The position numbers and the translations under genes were made by a program. The notes beneath the pieces were generated by a model. The model ran no database searches. It saw nothing but the letters and a program-made list of their open reading frames with translations, and was not told the origin of the DNA. Shown here one piece after another: positions 58,819 to 64,000 of a stretch of 64,000 nt of DNA. Where the stretch lies: the NCBI GenBank assembly GCA_965116875.1, contig OZ220733.1, positions 2,048,001 to 2,112,000 on the forward strand. Reading direction: 5' to 3'. This DNA is from Candidatus Latescibacterota bacterium. Its GTDB lineage: Bacteria > Latescibacterota > UBA2968 > GCA-2709665. The stretch's first letter is position 1. Each line of letters begins with the position of its first letter.

Positions 58819-59271
58819 TTACGCTTCCACGGGCTGCCAGATCTCTATGGGAATGCCGTCCGGATCGAGTATGTAAAATGCGATGGCAGCCACACTTCCG
58901 TCGCGGACGATTTCCGTTGGTGGGCTCATTGCAGGCGCCCCGGCCGCGGTCAGACGTTCGTATTCGGCCGCGGCGTCTTCCACCTGCAGCGCCAGGCTGG
59001 ACGCCCCCACGCAGTTATTGCGCAATTCACGCGCGATGGACCTCGGGTTCTGAAACTGAACCAGTCCCAGGACAAAGCCCGATGGCCGGTGCAGAAGCAT
59101 GCCCACCCGCAAGCTCACGTCCTGCATGTTCATGATCGTATCGTAGGATGCAAGCCCTTCCCGCGCGGCCTCATAGGTGACTTCGAACCCGAGCAGGTCC
59201 CGATAGAACGTGAGCGACCTGTCCAGATCGCCTACCGAGTACTTGACGTGATGGACCTTCGTAAACGCCAT
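58819..59271 (-). CDS. VOC/glyoxalase family protein
   Basis: HHVKYSVGDLDRSLTFYRDLLGF...FYILDPDGIPIEI; true start MAFTK at 59271. Confidence 0.9.
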   Translation of the reverse strand: MAFTKVHHVKYSVGDLDRSLTFYRDLLGFEVTYEAAREGLASYDTIMNMQDVSLRVGMLLHRPSGFVLGLVQFQNPRSIARELRNNCVGASSLALQVEDAAAEYERLTAAGAPAMSPPTEIVRDGSVAAIAFYILDPDGIPIEIWQPVEA

Positions 59272-59306
59272 CGACGCACCTCGCGTGCCGGTTGCAAGTC
59301 TCACGC

Positions 59307-59957
59307 TCATCCGGGCGGCCAGGCCCGGTGGCGCGTGCAATACCGGTCCACCGCGTCGAGGTCGACCTCGACACCCATGCCGGGACCCGCGGGAATCAGC
59401 ACGAGTCCGTTTTCGACTTCCAGGTCCCGGGTGAGCAGATGGGACTCCCGCAGCCACGGCCCTGCCTGGTCGGGGGTGGTGCGCGGCATCCAGTAATCCA
59501 CGGGCACCCGGTCCCGCCACGCGCCTCCCCACAGCGCACACAGGGGCAGACCGGCGCGCCTTGCCGTGAGATCGCTGAGGGCCATCTCCACGAGAGCCTG
59601 CAACGGATGGCGCAGTCTGTGCTGAAGATTGGCAGGGTCGGCCGCGTACGGAGAGGGCGGCGGCGGACGCTGCCAGTAAAGCGCACCCTCGGGCCACAGG
59701 TCCAGGAAGGAAAGCCTGAGTTCCGTGACCGGAATGTCCACGAGACCGGACAGTGCCTCGTCGGTAGACGACCGGGAACCGGACCTTACCGCCTCCCCCC
59801 ACCCTTCGAAGCCGTCTTTGTCCGTGATGCACAGCACATACCGGTCGTCGATACCGGTGGGATTGGCCCCGAATACGGGGCTGGAGGCCCATTCCTCGAG
59901 CAACGGAACCGTAACTTCCCAAAGCCTGGCCTGTGCGATGACCGGTGAAGCAGCCAC
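59307..59957 (-). pseudogene. Mandelate racemase/muconate lactonizing family gene with in-frame loss of the barrel
   Basis: N-domain (G.EGWGE, EMALSDL.AR.AGLPL..LWGG..RDRVPV) joined directly to the C-tail (ENG.V.IP.GPGMGVEVD); only 216 aa. Confidence 0.7.
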
Positions 59958-59971
59958 TGCCGGTCTCCAAT

Positions 59972-60784
59972 CTATGTTTCGTGTTCCTGGCGTGCCCGGA
60001 ACGAATCCCGTTCTCCGAACACCTTGACGTAGTTCTGGCCCGACATCTGTCCGCCGTCCGCCACGATGCCCTGGCCGGTGACGAACGCGGCCCCGTCCGA
60101 CGCGAGGAAGAAGATGATGCTGGCGATATCCTCAGGGCTGCCGATGCGGTTGAGCGGTATGAGCCTGAGGTAATTCTCCACGAAGACCCGATCTTCGAGC
60201 AGGTCCCCATGAATCGGCGTGTCGATAAACCCCGGCAGCACCGCGTTCACGCGGATGCCGTCGCCGCCCAGTTCCACGGCCAGCGTCCGCGTGAGGGCCA
60301 GCAGTGCGGCCTTTGCGGCGTCGTACGTCGCCGCGCGCGGGCTGCTCGACAGGGCGTTCCGCGAAGCCACGTTGACGATGGCCGCACCGTCCACCCGCTT
60401 CATCCCGGGGACAAACCCGCGGATCAGCGCGGACGCCCCAACAAGATTGGTATTCAGGGAGGTTTCCCACATTTCGTCAGTCGTTTCGGTGATATCCGCA
60501 TAGAGGCACACGCCCGCGTTGTTCACCAGCGCGCGCGGCGGGCCGAGCGCCTCGACAATCCGCCCGGCGAGCGGCGTGAGGGACCCCACGTCGGCCAGGT
60601 CGCAGGGAAACGCGTGGATCCGCGGGCCGATTTCCGATTCCGTCAGCCGGTCCAGTCCCTCCCGCGAACGGTCCAGCGCGGCAACGACGAAGCCCGCGGC
60701 GACGAAGCGCTCCACCGCGGCCTTGCCGATGCCGCTGGCGCCGCCGGTCACCACGGCGAGAGGGTCGGATAAGCGTTGAGACAT
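59972..60784 (-). CDS. SDR family oxidoreductase
   Basis: TGGASGIG, NNAG, YDAAK, IRVNAVLPG, FVTGQ..VADGG. Confidence 0.93.
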   Translation of the reverse strand: MSQRLSDPLAVVTGGASGIGKAAVERFVAAGFVVAALDRSREGLDRLTESEIGPRIHAFPCDLADVGSLTPLAGRIVEALGPPRALVNNAGVCLYADITETTDEMWETSLNTNLVGASALIRGFVPGMKRVDGAAIVNVASRNALSSSPRAATYDAAKAALLALTRTLAVELGGDGIRVNAVLPGFIDTPIHGDLLEDRVFVENYLRLIPLNRIGSPEDIASIIFFLASDGAAFVTGQGIVADGGQMSGQNYVKVFGERDSFRARQEHET

Positions 60785-60822
60785 TCGATATTTCCTATCT
60801 CCTGAACGGTCCGTTCGCGGAC

Positions 60823-61896
60823 TCAAACCAGTGTGAACCTCGTGAACCTGTCGAGAGAGGGGAGCCCTTCGTTCAGCCACATCTCGCGATTCCTGCTCAC
60901 GAGTATCACGCCGAAATTCGTGATCATGTTGTTCTCGTTATTCCGCGGCCGCTGGCAGAGACCGCCCGGACTGTACTCATCCATCAGGACCTCCTGCATC
61001 TCCCGAAGCGTGAGCGATTTCCCCCCGTTTCCGAATCTCCCGTAGAGGTGGGCGATCCGGTTCAACGAATTCTGAAAATACCGTGTACTGATGAAACCGG
61101 GATCCCATTTCCAGCCCACGGCCTGCATCTCTTCGCTGAAATAATGGTTGGTGGAGAAGACGACGCCATGCTCCGGCTCCCGTACCCCGTTCATGGCGCA
61201 CGCGTTCTCCGTTGCCGCCGCGTTTCCCTCCTCGTCGGCCAGCACGATGTTGATGCCCTTTCCGGTCAGCGTTGTTCGCCTCAGGAAATCAACGGCCTCG
61301 CTCACGTTCCCGCACCGCTGCAGCACAAGACGGGGGGCGACGTGCTGCGGCACGCCGGACCCGTCCTGCCTCTTCATTGTGGGATGCCCCGAGTTCGTCC
61401 CGACGCAGAGCCCCGCCTCGTTTACGCCGCATTCGGTCCACACCGTCCCGATCTGGTTTACGCACAAAACGTCGTACCCCACGTCCGAACGTATCGTCAG
61501 GATCGTGAGCCCCCCAAGGCGGTCCGAATCCGGGCGAAAACTTCCGTCGTCGGTCTTACCGAGGATGGGCCCCACGTCGCTGGCGGCAAACGCAACGCTG
61601 CTGCAGGCGAGATCGTCGGCCATCGCCGGGGCGACGGCGTTGTAGGTACTCTTGTAGAACGCTCTCTCGTCAGAAATCCCAGCCCCTCGTGCGATACCGC
61701 GAATCTCTTCGATGATTTCCGGGAATTCGGCACGCAGATGCCCGCGCATCGCCTCCATCAAGGCGGTCTGCCGGGTCCGCACTTCGCTGATCCCGGAAAA
61801 ACGGGGGAGGCTTCCGCGAATCTCCTTCCTGAACCGGCGCCCGATCTGCTCCCCACGCTGAAATGGCGTTCCCTTCGCTTCGAATTCAGGAATCAT
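60823..61896 (-). CDS. C45 family autoproteolytic acyltransferase/hydrolase 2
   Basis: GTPFQRGEQIG, EEIRGIARGAG, LA-CSS, GVNEAGL, STNHY; start MIPEF. Confidence 0.85.
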   Translation of the reverse strand: MIPEFEAKGTPFQRGEQIGRRFRKEIRGSLPRFSGISEVRTRQTALMEAMRGHLRAEFPEIIEEIRGIARGAGISDERAFYKSTYNAVAPAMADDLACSSVAFAASDVGPILGKTDDGSFRPDSDRLGGLTILTIRSDVGYDVLCVNQIGTVWTECGVNEAGLCVGTNSGHPTMKRQDGSGVPQHVAPRLVLQRCGNVSEAVDFLRRTTLTGKGINIVLADEEGNAAATENACAMNGVREPEHGVVFSTNHYFSEEMQAVGWKWDPGFISTRYFQNSLNRIAHLYGRFGNGGKSLTLREMQEVLMDEYSPGGLCQRPRNNENNMITNFGVILVSRNREMWLNEGLPSLDRFTRFTLV

Positions 61897-63550
61897 CGTT
61901 CGCTCCCCCGTCCGTGCAGGTCCTCCAGCAGGGCAGGTCCGCCGCGTCCCGGATCCTGTGTGCGTACTCGAACAGCCGCCCGAGACGCCGGACCGTCTTC
62001 TCCCGGCCGCTGGCGTCGCGGACCTCCACATAGAGCGGGCCGCGGGTGATCTGATGCGTGGACCACGCCCACAGAAAACCGGCAAAGGAAATCCGGCCGC
62101 CGAATAGCTCCGTGATCTCGTGATGATTGGAAAGCGCGCCCGACGTGGGATCCGTGCCGACCTGGTGGATGTGATATCCAAGGATTCGCCGCCCGAGGCG
62201 GGCATACCAGTCCCCGAGGGGTTGCAGATTGTCCAGATCGCCCCCGTTGTTGCGCGCGTGACCCACGTCCAGCAACGCGCCCACCCTCGATCCGGCCGCA
62301 TCCCCCATTTCAACTGTGACCGCGTCGATCCATCTCAGGTATTCGTCGATCCGGGTGGCGAATTCCCTCACCGGCGAACCCGCGGGCGTACCGGCAGGAT
62401 TGTGGATGTTCTCAATCGCGATCCCAACGCCGGCGCCGGCCGCTTCCCCGAATAAATCCGCGTAAGCTGCCACGAATTCCAGGAAGCATCCGGTGGGTTC
62501 CGGTCGATCTTCCCGAACACGCTCCATTGTATTTGCGTTTGCCCTGGGGACGTGAACCGTCAGGCTGTTCGCGCCCGCCGCCAACGCGCAATCCACGTGC
62601 GCCCGGACTCTCTCCACGCCCCCGACGCGTCCGGTCCGTGGGGTCCATTTCACGTCGGGCAGGTGATAGGACAGATACAGAGGACCCCGACTTCGAAGAT
62701 CACGAAGCGCGCCTGAAAGCGCACGTGGCGAAAAATCGAGGTCCGTCGGCCGGATTTCGAGGCAGGACAGGCCGGAAGCCAGGGTCTCCCGCGCCGCCGT
62801 TACCGGATCGCCCTGTATCGACCATCCCACGGGCAGCATTCCATTGGGCAGGTCCGCGGGCAGCAGCCGCATCGCGGGCGTCCAGGGAATGAACGTCTCC
62901 GTCCAGGAGCCCTTTTGACCACTCTCGAAAAGGTTGATCCCCGGAAGGTCTCCGATCGCCTTGTCCGGATCCAGCCCGCGGACCACGACCTCGACGAAGC
63001 CGTTTTCGCGCCGGGTCCGGTGGAAGTGGCTGTGTCCGGCGACGAGAAGCTCGACGCCGTTCTCAGAGAGCCAGCGCGTAAACCACGCACGGGCCTCTCC
63101 GTCCATCCTGTCCAGCGGATAGTGGGTGATGACCAGCAGCCGCTGTGCGCGGTTCGACAGGAGACTCCGCTTCAGCCACGAGCGTTCGTGGCCGGGAAGG
63201 CTCCCGGTCGACGTATCGGGCAGGAGAACCAGCAGGTCGCCGAACGCGGCCGCACGGCGTTCGGGCGACGCCAGGTTTTCGAACACCGACATCGCGTGCC
63301 CGCCCCGTCGTTCCGCGTTGCCCGGGGTAAAGAGTACTGGGACTTCGACCCGGTCCAGCGCCTCCAGGCAGCATGTGGCCGAAACAGCCGTTGAAAAGGT
63401 CGTAACGTCTCCGGCCACAGCCAGGAAATCCGGCCTTTCCATGTTCACACGGTCGACCGCCCAATGAAGCGCCTGGCGGGCAGCCGTATCCGGGTTGTCC
63501 GAAAGATGGAGGTCGGCAAGCACGATAAATCGATGCGTGTCTTGGGTCAT
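61886..63550 (-). CDS. Metallophosphoesterase fused to AP-endonuclease-2/xylose-isomerase-like TIM barrel
   Basis: ADLH, AGDV, PGNAE, THYP, AGHSH; then YHLP, IENIH, LDVGH, YHIH, YVE. Confidence 0.8.
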   Translation of the reverse strand: MTQDTHRFIVLADLHLSDNPDTAARQALHWAVDRVNMERPDFLAVAGDVTTFSTAVSATCCLEALDRVEVPVLFTPGNAERRGGHAMSVFENLASPERRAAAFGDLLVLLPDTSTGSLPGHERSWLKRSLLSNRAQRLLVITHYPLDRMDGEARAWFTRWLSENGVELLVAGHSHFHRTRRENGFVEVVVRGLDPDKAIGDLPGINLFESGQKGSWTETFIPWTPAMRLLPADLPNGMLPVGWSIQGDPVTAARETLASGLSCLEIRPTDLDFSPRALSGALRDLRSRGPLYLSYHLPDVKWTPRTGRVGGVERVRAHVDCALAAGANSLTVHVPRANANTMERVREDRPEPTGCFLEFVAAYADLFGEAAGAGVGIAIENIHNPAGTPAGSPVREFATRIDEYLRWIDAVTVEMGDAAGSRVGALLDVGHARNNGGDLDNLQPLGDWYARLGRRILGYHIHQVGTDPTSGALSNHHEITELFGGRISFAGFLWAWSTHQITRGPLYVEVRDASGREKTVRRLGRLFEYAHRIRDAADLPCWRTCTDGGANDDS

Positions 63551-63595
63551 TTCCGGTTTTTTCTCATACCGGTTCTCCGATAGGTACCCTGAAGA

Positions 63596-64000
63596 TCAGT
63601 TCGCGTAGCTGTGTCGGCCCGGATTTCCTCGTGCGAGGTAGAGACGGAGCCCGTCCCAGTCGAACCCGGACGGAGAAACGAACGTGCGGTCGATTGCGGC
63701 ATGGGTCGAGATGTATTTCAACGTGATTCCGCAACGCCGACGGGACGACCGGTTGGGATTGGAACCATGCAGAATCCACGGGTCGTGAACGGAATACTCA
63801 CCCGCGCGCAGCTGCACGTCCCTGGCGTCCGAGAGGTCCGGATTCTCCAGTGACATCGGCAGCGTCGTGCCGGAGTCCAGATCCACCTTGTGCAACAGCA
63901 CGGCTCGCTCCCGGTGGGTGCCGGGAAGCACCCGCATGCAGCCGTTCTCCGCGTCGGAATCGTCCACCGCCAGCCAGAGTGTGAACGTATCCATCGGCTC
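63596..64000 (-). CDS. Phytanoyl-CoA dioxygenase family protein (5' part outside the window)
   Basis: WLAVDD...ENGCMRVLPGTH, L.AGE.SVH....LHGS.PN.S..RR. Confidence 0.9.
   Translation of the reverse strand, partial: EPMDTFTLWLAVDDSDAENGCMRVLPGTHRERAVLLHKVDLDSGTTLPMSLENPDLSDARDVQLRAGEYSVHDPWILHGSNPNRSSRRRCGITLKYISTHAAIDRTFVSPSGFDWDGLRLYLARGNPGRHSYAN

Noticed and set aside
59272-60210. Long N-terminal extension of the VOC ORF (likewise extensions at 38209-38565, 51518-51868, 61897-62313)
   Set aside because: They overlap upstream genes in another frame; family homology and the better start codons lie downstream.
1-64000. tRNA, rRNA, integrase or prophage genes
   Set aside because: None recognised; the only recombinase-type gene seen is the IS1380 transposase.

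Overview
GC-rich bacterial DNA. Dockerin-like Ca-binding repeats, T9SS/FlgD-type C-terminal domains and a PorV-like gene suggest the FCB superphylum, probably Latescibacterota/Gemmatimonadota-like (inference). Left half (1-31.3 kb, + strand): a cell-surface paralogue array with five TPR + GWxTD-domain proteins, four tandem dockerin + FGE/CLec-fold proteins, two Kelch lipoproteins, a beta-rich lipoprotein, a lone MacB/FtsX permease, a complete IS1380 and several REP/MITE-like repeats. Right half (mostly - strand): catabolic/transport genes, three tandem secreted double-Cache proteins with T9SS-type tails, and a TonB receptor / CTD protein / PorV-like cluster. Most notable: (1) orphan copies of GWxTD gene 3' ends lie downstream of 'cargo' genes, and the 3' end of GWxTD #4 is mosaic, suggesting the GWxTD 3' end is a recombination or cassette-exchange anchor; (2) a pilin-head-like segment inside three GWxTD proteins; (3) a CLec array varying at DGR-type positions with no RT in the window; (4) exported Cache proteins, each with its own promoter and a conserved 3' hairpin; (5) a six-fold nested REP. 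All family calls are from motif recognition by eye; no searches were run.
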